The notes under the pieces were generated by a model. The model had not been told where the DNA came from. It made no database searches and saw only the letters and a list, made by a program, of their open reading frames with translations. Position numbers and translations under genes: made by a program. DNA of 49,979 nucleotides, the filler included, from Stramenopiles sp. TOSAG23-2 (taxonomy: Eukaryota): NCBI GenBank assembly GCA_900128395.1. It is 2 parts of 2 records of this genome, joined end to end, with 100 filler letters (N's around TTAATTAATTAA, not from the genome) between each part and the next. Parts side by side here need not be neighbours in the genome. Positions count along the whole stretch, not along the records: positions 25,127 to 49,979 come from LT649459.1; 1 more part is not named here. The stretch is one strand, 5' to 3'. The first letter of the stretch is position 1, and every line of letters begins with the position of its first letter. Below are positions 40,809 to 49,979 of this stretch, one piece after another.

Positions 40809-40992
40809 CAAAACGGAAGAATAATATATATATACGTCGGAATATATATACGTATAACCTTAGATTTTTAACCAATCAAGTAATGCGATTAGGCAATACA
40901 CCACTTGGTGATGATGATTATTAACAAAACGGAAGAATAATATATATATACGTCGAATATATACGTATAACCTTAGATTTTTAACCAATCAA
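40764..40992. repeat. ~115-bp tandem duplication over the same gene's 3' end
   Basis: 40764-40879 vs 40880-40992 differ only by 3 nt of indel. Confidence 0.95.
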
Positions 40993-41433
40993 TAATTTTA
41001 ATTTTTATCTTTATATATATATATAATATATAAAATACGAGTATCGAGACTTATGTACGCGTATGGTATGTACGAGGTACGCTCGTATCATATTATATAT
41101 ATAATTTTCTCTTACTCATATATTATATATATATATTAATTTTTATTCTCTATTTATGACGAAATAATTTTTTTTCTTTTTTTTTTTCTTCATTTTTTTT
41201 AATCTCTCTCTCTCTCTCTCTAATATTTTCTTACGTATTTTGTATCATACGTATCATATCATAAATGATACATATAGAATATTTAATGTATGTCATACAA
41301 AAGAACATGTATCCCATTAAAAATTCTCTCTTTACATTTTGTTTTATACTCGTATGATATGATATATATACATCATATTACGAGTCCTAATATATACAAC
41401 TTCGTATAACTTTCAAACACACTCACACAAATT

Positions 41434-44400
41434 TTAACTTGGATTTTTACTGATATAATCGGAAGGAAATTTATCAAGCACATTACTTCTCTTGCCCATA
41501 CCTAATTCACGATCTCCATTTGCACCATAATTTTTAAATCTCGGACCATTTAATTCACCAGATGCTCTTTTTTGAGCTTTAGTCATGGCCATTTGGTTCA
41601 ACGTATGTTTCCCTGCTATTTGTTTATTTGTTTCTTTAATATTAACTCGTTTTCCTTTCTTCTTCCTTTCCCTTGGCGCGGTAATGGTTCTATTAGCTAA
41701 AACTTCAGCTTCGAATTGTCGCTTATATCTACGACCATCTGGAGACAATGTCATTTCCCTTGCCTCTTCGACAAGTTGTTTACCAGTCTTATCAGTTGGC
41801 ATGAAAGATGATTTGATAGCATTTGTTTCCAGACCCATTTTTTTCATCAATGCACTGAATGCACCTGGTAGTACAGCACCTGCAGTTTTAGCTGCTGCCA
41901 TAAAACCTGAACCAAACGTAGCTTTAATAGCATGTTCAGCTTTTGCTAATTTTCGTTTAATTTGATTCTCAGTCAATTGATGTCCGTAGTCTAAGGTACC
42001 GTCATCTGGAGCACCTTTTTTATGAAGACGTAAATTGTTACGCAATTCTTTTAAACGCCCTACCCACACAACTAAGAAAAATTCCATGAATTCATTGTAG
42101 CGGATGGTACGATCAAAGTTTGCATCCATCATATTAATTAAATGATACATTTGTCGTTTCGTCAAACCATAGCCACCTAATGTTTTCATTAAAGAGGCAA
42201 ACTCAGCCACAGAAATTTCCCCAGAAGCGTTTCTATCAAAACTTTCAAATGCTTCACGTAAGTTTATATGCGATTCCTCCAAGGTGCGCAATACACCATA
42301 TAACGCATCCAAAATTTGTCTCCAATCCTCATCACCTTTTTTCGCTCCCATTCCATGGTAACCCTCTTCGCGTGATAAATTACGATTATGACGTCGACGA
42401 CGACCTCCCTTACGGGATGCCTCACCAGCTTTATCGTTCCGAAGCAAATCAGATAATTTACCTTTTGACCTAAATGCAGCAACAAACTCATCTTGTTGCA
42501 GCGTGCCATCATGGTTTGTACTAAGAGTACGGAAAAATGCATCAAATTGTTGCCAGTTCATGTCTAATTTTAATAAAACTTTAATGGCACCTTGTAATTT
42601 CAAGCGATTTAATTTGTCATGGAAGCCCGTCCATGAACCACTTTTACCGTGTTGAACCGTTTCATTATTTTGCAAGTTCGAAAACGCAGTGAAAACATCA
42701 GCAAGTAGCCGGTCCTCTTCTTCCGCCATTGGTTTCATATCTGGCAAACCTTGCTTAGAACGTAATTTTTTAATTTTCAAACGACGATTCTTCATATCTT
42801 CCTCAAATTGTTCTTTTGGCATATTCTTTTTCCTATGGCTTTCTAAATTTCTACCATACTCAAGCACAGCTTGGCGCACAACTGCAAGAACCTCTTCCGT
42901 AGTTGCAAGATTTGGAATTTTCGTTCTTCGTTTACGTGGCTTAGGTCTTGTTCCACCCTCACCATCGTCTTCCATCTCCTTGTCATCGATTGTCATCCAC
43001 CAAGGCGTTTTATTTTTAAACCAAAATTCCGGTGGCAATTGGCGAGTTTCCCTCGCAGCTTCTGTTTGCGCATAGATGGAATCTCCAGTTTTTAATTTAA
43101 GATTCAATTTTTTAATTTCAGGCTCTTCAACAGCTTCGTAAAATGATAATTGATTTTCCTTTGCAAACTTCATAATAAACGCATATGGATCTGCTTTTGC
43201 AGATTTGCCTGCACCTGGTGCATCATCTCCAAATGCCTCTTCAGCGGCAACGGTCCAACCATGTTGCTTTGCCATTTCAGCATCTTTCTTCCACACGTTT
43301 GTCATGGCACGACGAAATTGTGCTTCTTCTGGTGGCTCATCTTCATCGTCAATGATCTCCCGACCAAATGGATCGTCTTCTTGAAATTGATCTGCCCAGT
43401 CATTATCAAAGTCCCACATGTTAACTTCTGTTACTAAATCAACATTAGCTGGATTATCATATTGAAATGGCCACACAGCATCTGCTTCTTTATCTTCTGC
43501 ATTTTCTTTCCGTACCTGTGCTTCTACCTTGTTTGTAAATTTCTTCAATTTTAAGCGCATTAATTCAGGCGCAGCAGCAATTCCAGCACCACCACTTTTA
43601 CCAATCTGAATTACGGAACGTCCTCCTCTCTTTTTAGCAGTAGTGCTAACAGTACCGCCACTGCGAGAATAGTCATTCGGTGGCAATCCAGCCATTTCTC
43701 TTAATCGCATGATATGTACAAAAATCTTAGCTCTGTGCAATTTTTTATCCACATTTAATTCTTCATCTTTCATATCATTTTCAGTTAAAGACAAGAGTAA
43801 TAAGCCATCAACAGATGCTTCACTAAATCTCGATGCATACTGTGGTAATTCCAATTTTGTGCGGATCCATTTTTCAACATGATATGGTTTCCAGTGCATA
43901 ACTTGTTTCTCAGGCAAATCAACATACTTAATTTTGTTGCGTTCTAATTTCCGTTTCTTTTTGTCCTCTGCCAATCGCTTTGCCTCCGCTTTTCTTTCCT
44001 TTTCTTCATCCGCTTTTTCACGGGCAAGACGTGCTTCTTCTCTATACTTTTGCATTTTCAATTCTAACTCCAATTCTTTGTTTCTTGATTCTTGCAATTT
44101 GAGATCATCTGCCCTTTTCTTTTCCAATTCTTGTTCATGTAATTTTGCTAATCTCTCTGCTTCCTCTTTTTCCCTCTTTTTCTTTTCCGCTCTCCTCTTT
44201 TTCATTTCATTTCTTTTTTTTCTAGCTATGTTATCAGCATTTATCTGCTCTTGGTTATCAAATTTCTCCATCATATTTGATAAAGCATTCATTTTCTGCT
44301 TTGCCCTTGCAAGTTTTCCATCTCCAGATGGCTTGCTTTTATTTTTATTTTCCTTTTCTTCGCGTTGTGCTATAATGTTTCTGTCAGTAAATTGTACCCA

Positions 44401-47400
44401 TTCCTGGAATGTAATAGTATCATCCCCGCCAACTCCTTCAATCATATCGACAACATTATCAGCGTTATATTCTTTTGGCGCAGGTTGTTTATCCTTATCG
44501 TCCTTGGCAAGATTATTTTGTACTTTTGTATAAGCTTTCCAAGCTTTTTGCAAAAATTCTGAAATTTCTTTATTACTTTCCGCAGAATCCATTATGACAG
44601 TTTTTAATTCTTCCTTAGTAATAGTGTCACTATGATCTTTATCAATTTTGTAAAACAATTCTTTAAGCTTCATTATTTTTGTTGCATCTTCTTTTCGTTG
44701 TTTTGTTTCCTCAGACTCAGGTACATTTTCGCCTTGTTGGGCCTTTTCATTATTTTCTACAATCGCTTTCTCTTCTTTTGCTGTAGTTTTTGCTATTGCA
44801 GCTTTGCCATCAATGTAAAAAATGATTTCAGCATCAATCTTACCATTAGTAGGAGAACCTTTTTCGTTTGTTAAAGTTTTCCCTTCTAAAATTATTTTAC
44901 CACCAACATTATGTCTCAATATATCGTAGAATGGAACAAGATACTCCCCAACAAATTTGTTTGGTACGTTTGTAACTTTTATCTTGAGATAATCCGGTTG
45001 TTTTTGTTTCCCATTTGTGTATCTTAAAGTCATTTGTGGATTTGTCCATTCAGGATTTCCTTTCTCAGCATCTTTTCCATTGCTTGGAGCAGATGGTTGC
45101 ATGTCTGTTTTCCTAGATGTAACTTCTTTTCCATCTATTACTGGTATCATTTGTATACGAGGTTTCTTTTCTTTGAATGGTCCTAATGGCAAATTGTAAG
45201 CTTTTGACACGCCAACTTTTATTTTACCAGCAACAAACGGTATATAAGTCAACCTGACCTTTGCACTTCCTAATGTTATCGTTTCATTGTCTTTAACGAT
45301 ATTTAATGGCACATCGTATTCAACTGGTGGTTTAGGTGGAAAATTATCTTCATTCTTTCCTGGTTCTAATGGATCTAAAATTTCCCATGGAATCGTTCCC
45401 ATGGCAAATATTTTTTTCTTACCGAACACTCCTTTTTTCGGTACATAAAGTTGAAATGTTACATTGGTTTCTTCCAACTTGGCACTAGTGTTTCCAATAT
45501 TGGCCTCGTATGGCAAGACAAACTGGAAATTCTTAGGATTTTTCTGCTTTGTACCACTTGCAGTTTTATCTTTCGACGTATCATACTTCCATGTATTTGT
45601 CTTTTCATCTTTCGTCTCTTCATCTAACGTAAATTTAAACGATTCCTCTGTCTTTCTAAATTTTTTTGCCGGGTTAATGCACAATCGTACCTTGAATTTG
45701 CTATTTTGAATGAAATGGTCTGGATCTTTAAAACCTTGGAAATTTAATACATCTACATGTAATCTACCATCTGCTTCTCCATCATCATCATCATCTTCCC
45801 CAAAGTCTTCTTCAACTGTTGTATCACCTAGACCCCGATTTTGGCCATCGTCTCTTCCAGTAACACCTTCAAATTCCTCTCTGCGTAAATCTAAAAGCAA
45901 CTTGCCTGCATCCTTTCCATTTTTTTGTAACATCAATACTTCTGGCACAACACGATACTCCACAAGCTCCTTGCGGAACGGATCTGGTACAGAATCTTTC
46001 GGTTTTTCCGATTCCATCGGTTCCATAATATCAGACGTTAACGTGATTTCTTTTTCTCCAATCAATGTGTTACTTTTGCCATTATTATCAAAAACACTAA
46101 TTTTAAGCTTTGTTTGAGCTTCACCGTCTGATATATCAACAGGAAAGTATGAATCCCATGTTGGTGTTTTACCCTCATCTACTGCAATATCGCTATCTAC
46201 CTTAGTATCTTGATCGACCACTTCCACCCGGACAAACGGATCCATTTTGTAATCACCTCCAAAAGCAGAAAATGCACTAGTAACATCTAATAGTCCCATA
46301 GCTTTTTTAACATGAATCCAAAGAGGCTTATCCCCACCAAGTTTAAATTGCATACCACTCGTTGCGCCCTCAGGCAACCATTGCATAACCAGTTGTACTT
46401 CACCTGCTAGTTCAGATTTGTTCCCATATTTAATTGGAAACCAATCCTCCCACATATGCCCACCAAATATTTGAAATGGCATTACTGGGATCGTGATTTT
46501 ACCTATTAAATCATCATTCGAATGTTTATCGTAATCAAAGACTTGCAATTCCAACATTAAAGAACTTACACTGCCCGGTGTCATTTGACGATTATCAACA
46601 CTGAACAGCATAGTCTCATTTAATCTAGCATTTGAACCGCCATTTGTTTTAGACCTTGTCTTGTCTTTTACACCTTCCATTCCCAACCCTGCTCCATATA
46701 GACGCGCTTGTACATACGGATCATTCCCATCGCCCGTCAGTTTCCCGATAACACCACCTACATCTTTTAAATTTCTTAATTTGACAACCATGACACTAAC
46801 GCTACCCCATGTATTAAAATTACGTATTCCTTTAATCGCCTGTTTAAAATATTTTGTATCAGTTCTGTCTAATTCACGCTTGTGATCATCAAATCTTATA
46901 GCTATTTTAACATCAATACCTTCTTTTATTTCCATCCAAAATTCTGCCGGTTGACCTGGTGCTTGGATAAACGGAGCAAGGTCTACTTCACAGGTTCCTT
47001 CAGATCCACCTTTTTTTCTCCTCAACTCAACTTTCATTACTGGTAACTTAAGATCCTCACGCTTCCAGGAAATGTCAATTTTTTGCCTATGATTGAATAC
47101 AGCCTGGTCACCACTTGCAACGTATTCATCTACTTGGGTGTCAAACTGACCACCTGGTAGCTTCCTAAAATTAATCGCGCCATCAGCTGCAACGACTTTA
47201 CATCTTACGAAGTAATCAACACCTCTGCTTTTTTTCGTTTTTGTTCCCCTTGCAGCAACAATTGTAACATCAAGCATACCTTTACCAGATATGAAACCTT
47301 TTGGTGCATTATTAGATAGTATTACCTTGTCAGCTTCTTTATCTTCCGGCTCGCTTTGTTCGTATGTAAGTGACATACGGACGTTTGAAGTATTTCGTTG

Positions 47401-49979
47401 CCCTTCATACATTAATGGAAACCATCCTTCTATCTTTTTACTATCAGTCGTTTTTTTGCAATAACTTCCAAATTCACCAAGCGGAATATCAAATGAACCA
47501 ATGACCTCGATTTTTTTCTTTGAATTTTTGTACATACCACGAACGTGTAACATGTCCAATTCAATATCATGCGAAATTAAAACACCAGGAGGCTCATCCC
47601 AAGCAGGGGATGCACCACCATCTCGATGTTCATAGGTTGTATGTGTTGCTCCGTCCGGCTCATCACTTTGATTGTGGTCAGAAGTATACCCCCCCCGCGT
47701 AAGACGTAGTTGCATGTAAGGATCTGCTGTAACCTTTAATGGTTTCGTAGTATATGTAGCTTTTTTTTTGATAGTCATTTGTAACCCACGGCCTGATTTA
47801 ACGTGGAAGTCAATGGTACCTGGAATAGGGTTACGCGAGTTCTTTTTAATCATTTCTTCGGTGATTACATAAGATTTTTTATCACCAGTAAAGTCTTTAA
47901 CAAACTGAAGCAATACTTCCAGTTTCCCTCTATTACCCATGCAATCTTCATCCATCAATGTCAATTTTCTACTGTATACTGCACCATCATTTTTAAGCAT
48001 GGCATATAAAGGAATATCAACACGTCCTATTAAAGTATCTTTCTTCTTTTTATCATCAATATCTACAATTTTTATACGAAGATATGGTGATGATGCATAC
48101 CCTGTAGCATCTTTCAAATATTGTGATGTGTATTTAAGACCAATAATTTCAGTTTTTTCAAATTCATGCGATTCCCCCGCACTATCAGCTGGCTTCGTCT
48201 CGCCTTCTTCAACGGGCTGGTCTTCCCCGGTACCAAAAAATGCTCTATCAAATAGCTCACATACTACTTTTATATCATTTTTACCATCCGAATCAACATT
48301 AGTAAGACTCAAAGCTTGAATAGGCTTACAAAATACCATACCTTCTAAAGCTAGGAGTTCTTCATTTGGAGGATCAAGGAGATCAATTGGACGACCTACG
48401 GCACCAGCTTTAGGTGGAATATATCCATTTGTAAAGTTTCCATCACCTTCTTCTTCAAACCATATTTCAGCTGTTACAAATGAATTTTTTAAAGCACTTT
48501 TCATTATTCCCTTGCCATATCGACTCAAAGGATATTTTGCAGTAACAGGAATGATCAAATCTTCACCCTTTTTCAAGCCATCAAAACCATCATTGAATAA
48601 TTTAGTGCCAATGGAGACAGTGGAATATGCCATAATATCATGCCCGTAGGTACCTTTGGACTCATCAAAGTTACTTACTTGAAGATCAAGCGAAGCAATC
48701 GTAGCATCCTCAATCAGAAAATCCCATTGACCTGGAGTTTTATCTTTCCAATGCCATACAGGATTTGGCATCCCATCCATGTGTGGATAGTCGAATCTTT
48801 TTAATTCATCATCCGGTAAAAGCAATGCAGTTGGAAATGGATCAGACTTAGAGAAAATTTCATTACCTTTAAGATTTGTGGCATTGTGAACTCGGACTTT
48901 CAATGTTCCTGGTTTACAACATGGGTTTAATACACTGGTTTCATCATCAAAAAAAGCTTTTAAAGCATCCTCATCGTTTGCTTCTTTTTTTTCTTCCTCA
49001 TCTTCCATATCGTCCTCTTGATATATCCATGCCAATTCAATACGACATTTCACTATGGAAACTTTGGCTTTTTTCTCAGTACTTGATGTTAATGGTATCC
49101 ATTTTTTTACAATTTTATTTCCACATTCTTTAGAAACGCAAAAAGCTGAGTATAATACGTCAGCTGGCAAAGTAGTACTCGCAACGACTTTGTTTTTATC
49201 TTCAGTTACTAAATCAATTCGAAACTTTGGCGAAGTTTTATCCTTTCCTGGTATGCTGTATTGCATGTCTCTAGCAAATTTTCGCTTGAAATCAAACATT
49301 GTTTTAATATCTGTCGTTACGCCAGTAGTTTCTATACTAGGATCTTGCTCTTTCGCTTTGCTTAAATCTGTGATCATGACTTTAAAACTCGCAGTTGTAA
49401 TTTTCTTTTTTGCTACCATGTCACTGCAAGAGACAGAGCCAGCATAAAACGAAAATTTACCTTTTTTAATAGGCGCAGCTTTAACTATGTCTAATGGTTT
49501 AGGATCAGGAACAAATTGAGTTGCAAGTCTAACTTGTCCGCCTACTTTTTTCTCTGCAAGGGCACTATTCATTTCTTTACCTTTATATATATCAAAAAAT
49601 TTACCCCCTGGGTTCTTAAACAATTCTATCAATGGTATTTTGGCAACCCCAATTAACGTCGACGAGACTAAATTTGCATCCCACACAGCGACAAGTGCAC
49701 TTAATTTATTAATATCAATATTTTTCATTGTCTTTCCCCAAGGTAATTCTAACCATTCGTGCCAGAAAGCAGTTTTACCAGCCCCGTCTTTAACACTGGT
49801 TTTATCCCATTTATCTTTATTTGTTTTGTCTTTTTTATAGTTTGTATCTTCTTCATCAATAATGCGAATTTCAACATAAGGATCTTGTTTACCACCCATA
49901 ACACCTTCCACATTAACAAGTTTCTTTGCATCCATTACCAAAATTTGGCATTTTCCAGTCCTTTCCTTTAAGCATTGTA
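41434..49979 (-). CDS. Giant multi-C2-domain / EF-hand / SAM-domain protein, N-terminus beyond the window edge
   Basis: The frame stays open to the edge (..QCLKERTGKCQILVMDAKK). About 10 C2-like units (DPY/DPF motifs), EF-hands (DKDHSDTITKEEL, DRNASGEISVAEF, DANFDRTIRYNEF), a coiled coil and a SAM domain (W...HVEKWI...LELPQYASRF.EASVDGLLLLSL). Confidence 0.85.
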   Translation of the reverse strand, partial: QCLKERTGKCQILVMDAKKLVNVEGVMGGKQDPYVEIRIIDEEDTNYKKDKTNKDKWDKTSVKDGAGKTAFWHEWLELPWGKTMKNIDINKLSALVAVWDANLVSSTLIGVAKIPLIELFKNPGGKFFDIYKGKEMNSALAEKKVGGQVRLATQFVPDPKPLDIVKAAPIKKGKFSFYAGSVSCSDMVAKKKITTASFKVMITDLSKAKEQDPSIETTGVTTDIKTMFDFKRKFARDMQYSIPGKDKTSPKFRIDLVTEDKNKVVASTTLPADVLYSAFCVSKECGNKIVKKWIPLTSSTEKKAKVSIVKCRIELAWIYQEDDMEDEEEKKEANDEDALKAFFDDETSVLNPCCKPGTLKVRVHNATNLKGNEIFSKSDPFPTALLLPDDELKRFDYPHMDGMPNPVWHWKDKTPGQWDFLIEDATIASLDLQVSNFDESKGTYGHDIMAYSTVSIGTKLFNDGFDGLKKGEDLIIPVTAKYPLSRYGKGIMKSALKNSFVTAEIWFEEEGDGNFTNGYIPPKAGAVGRPIDLLDPPNEELLALEGMVFCKPIQALSLTNVDSDGKNDIKVVCELFDRAFFGTGEDQPVEEGETKPADSAGESHEFEKTEIIGLKYTSQYLKDATGYASSPYLRIKIVDIDDKKKKDTLIGRVDIPLYAMLKNDGAVYSRKLTLMDEDCMGNRGKLEVLLQFVKDFTGDKKSYVITEEMIKKNSRNPIPGTIDFHVKSGRGLQMTIKKKATYTTKPLKVTADPYMQLRLTRGGYTSDHNQSDEPDGATHTTYEHRDGGASPAWDEPPGVLISHDIELDMLHVRGMYKNSKKKIEVIGSFDIPLGEFGSYCKKTTDSKKIEGWFPLMYEGQRNTSNVRMSLTYEQSEPEDKEADKVILSNNAPKGFISGKGMLDVTIVAARGTKTKKSRGVDYFVRCKVVAADGAINFRKLPGGQFDTQVDEYVASGDQAVFNHRQKIDISWKREDLKLPVMKVELRRKKGGSEGTCEVDLAPFIQAPGQPAEFWMEIKEGIDVKIAIRFDDHKRELDRTDTKYFKQAIKGIRNFNTWGSVSVMVVKLRNLKDVGGVIGKLTGDGNDPYVQARLYGAGLGMEGVKDKTRSKTNGGSNARLNETMLFSVDNRQMTPGSVSSLMLELQVFDYDKHSNDDLIGKITIPVMPFQIFGGHMWEDWFPIKYGNKSELAGEVQLVMQWLPEGATSGMQFKLGGDKPLWIHVKKAMGLLDVTSAFSAFGGDYKMDPFVRVEVVDQDTKVDSDIAVDEGKTPTWDSYFPVDISDGEAQTKLKISVFDNNGKSNTLIGEKEITLTSDIMEPMESEKPKDSVPDPFRKELVEYRVVPEVLMLQKNGKDAGKLLLDLRREEFEGVTGRDDGQNRGLGDTTVEEDFGEDDDDDGEADGRLHVDVLNFQGFKDPDHFIQNSKFKVRLCINPAKKFRKTEESFKFTLDEETKDEKTNTWKYDTSKDKTASGTKQKNPKNFQFVLPYEANIGNTSAKLEETNVTFQLYVPKKGVFGKKKIFAMGTIPWEILDPLEPGKNEDNFPPKPPVEYDVPLNIVKDNETITLGSAKVRLTYIPFVAGKIKVGVSKAYNLPLGPFKEKKPRIQMIPVIDGKEVTSRKTDMQPSAPSNGKDAEKGNPEWTNPQMTLRYTNGKQKQPDYLKIKVTNVPNKFVGEYLVPFYDILRHNVGGKIILEGKTLTNEKGSPTNGKIDAEIIFYIDGKAAIAKTTAKEEKAIVENNEKAQQGENVPESEETKQRKEDATKIMKLKELFYKIDKDHSDTITKEELKTVIMDSAESNKEISEFLQKAWKAYTKVQNNLAKDDKDKQPAPKEYNADNVVDMIEGVGGDDTITFQEWVQFTDRNIIAQREEKENKNKSKPSGDGKLARAKQKMNALSNMMEKFDNQEQINADNIARKKRNEMKKRRAEKKKREKEEAERLAKLHEQELEKKRADDLKLQESRNKELELELKMQKYREEARLAREKADEEKERKAEAKRLAEDKKKRKLERNKIKYVDLPEKQVMHWKPYHVEKWIRTKLELPQYASRFSEASVDGLLLLSLTENDMKDEELNVDKKLHRAKIFVHIMRLREMAGLPPNDYSRSGGTVSTTAKKRGGRSVIQIGKSGGAGIAAAPELMRLKLKKFTNKVEAQVRKENAEDKEADAVWPFQYDNPANVDLVTEVNMWDFDNDWADQFQEDDPFGREIIDDEDEPPEEAQFRRAMTNVWKKDAEMAKQHGWTVAAEEAFGDDAPGAGKSAKADPYAFIMKFAKENQLSFYEAVEEPEIKKLNLKLKTGDSIYAQTEAARETRQLPPEFWFKNKTPWWMTIDDKEMEDDGEGGTRPKPRKRRTKIPNLATTEEVLAVVRQAVLEYGRNLESHRKKNMPKEQFEEDMKNRRLKIKKLRSKQGLPDMKPMAEEEDRLLADVFTAFSNLQNNETVQHGKSGSWTGFHDKLNRLKLQGAIKVLLKLDMNWQQFDAFFRTLSTNHDGTLQQDEFVAAFRSKGKLSDLLRNDKAGEASRKGGRRRRHNRNLSREEGYHGMGAKKGDEDWRQILDALYGVLRTLEESHINLREAFESFDRNASGEISVAEFASLMKTLGGYGLTKRQMYHLINMMDANFDRTIRYNEFMEFFLVVWVGRLKELRNNLRLHKKGAPDDGTLDYGHQLTENQIKRKLAKAEHAIKATFGSGFMAAAKTAGAVLPGAFSALMKKMGLETNAIKSSFMPTDKTGKQLVEEAREMTLSPDGRRYKRQFEAEVLANRTITAPRERKKKGKRVNIKETNKQIAGKHTLNQMAMTKAQKRASGELNGPRFKNYGANGDRELGMGKRSNVLDKFPSDYISKNPS

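Noticed and set aside
41585-49971. Plus-strand ORFs antisense to the giant C2 gene, and similar shadow ORFs opposite other genes
   Set aside because: They mirror the codon bias of the real coding strand and carry no independent motifs.
1-49979. tRNA, rRNA or autonomous transposon genes
   Set aside because: I saw no cloverleaf/T-loop, rRNA signature, or RT/transposase ORF by eye. tRNAscan-SE and Infernal would be needed to exclude them formally.

Overview
This is eukaryotic nuclear DNA, not prokaryotic. It is AT-rich, gene-dense and almost intron-free, with (TA)n-rich spacers. The gene set (CSN6, TFB5, VAMP7, Bmt2, a calcineurin-B-like sensor, an RP2/CEP19-like ciliary protein) suggests a flagellated protist, probably a marine stramenopile (inference). 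An artificial 100-nt N-linker at 25027-25126 joins two contigs. About 23 protein genes are supported, mostly housekeeping. The main points of interest are: (1) a spliced, signal-peptide-bearing, phage-tail-fibre-like repeat protein with a C-terminal intramolecular chaperone (Peptidase S74) domain; (2) a GC-rich GH86 porphyranase/agarase-like gene with a mucin-like stalk and TM anchor, bracketed by 55-bp direct repeats; (3) a dispersed non-coding repeat that I find only in spacers between convergent genes, and a different motif, GCTGGCCC(A)GCTGG, upstream of genes; (4) TFB5 ending only 2 nt before a kinase ATG, a possible bicistronic unit; (5) a CEP19-Tudor-RP2 fusion. All family calls come from recognising motifs by eye; no database searches were run.
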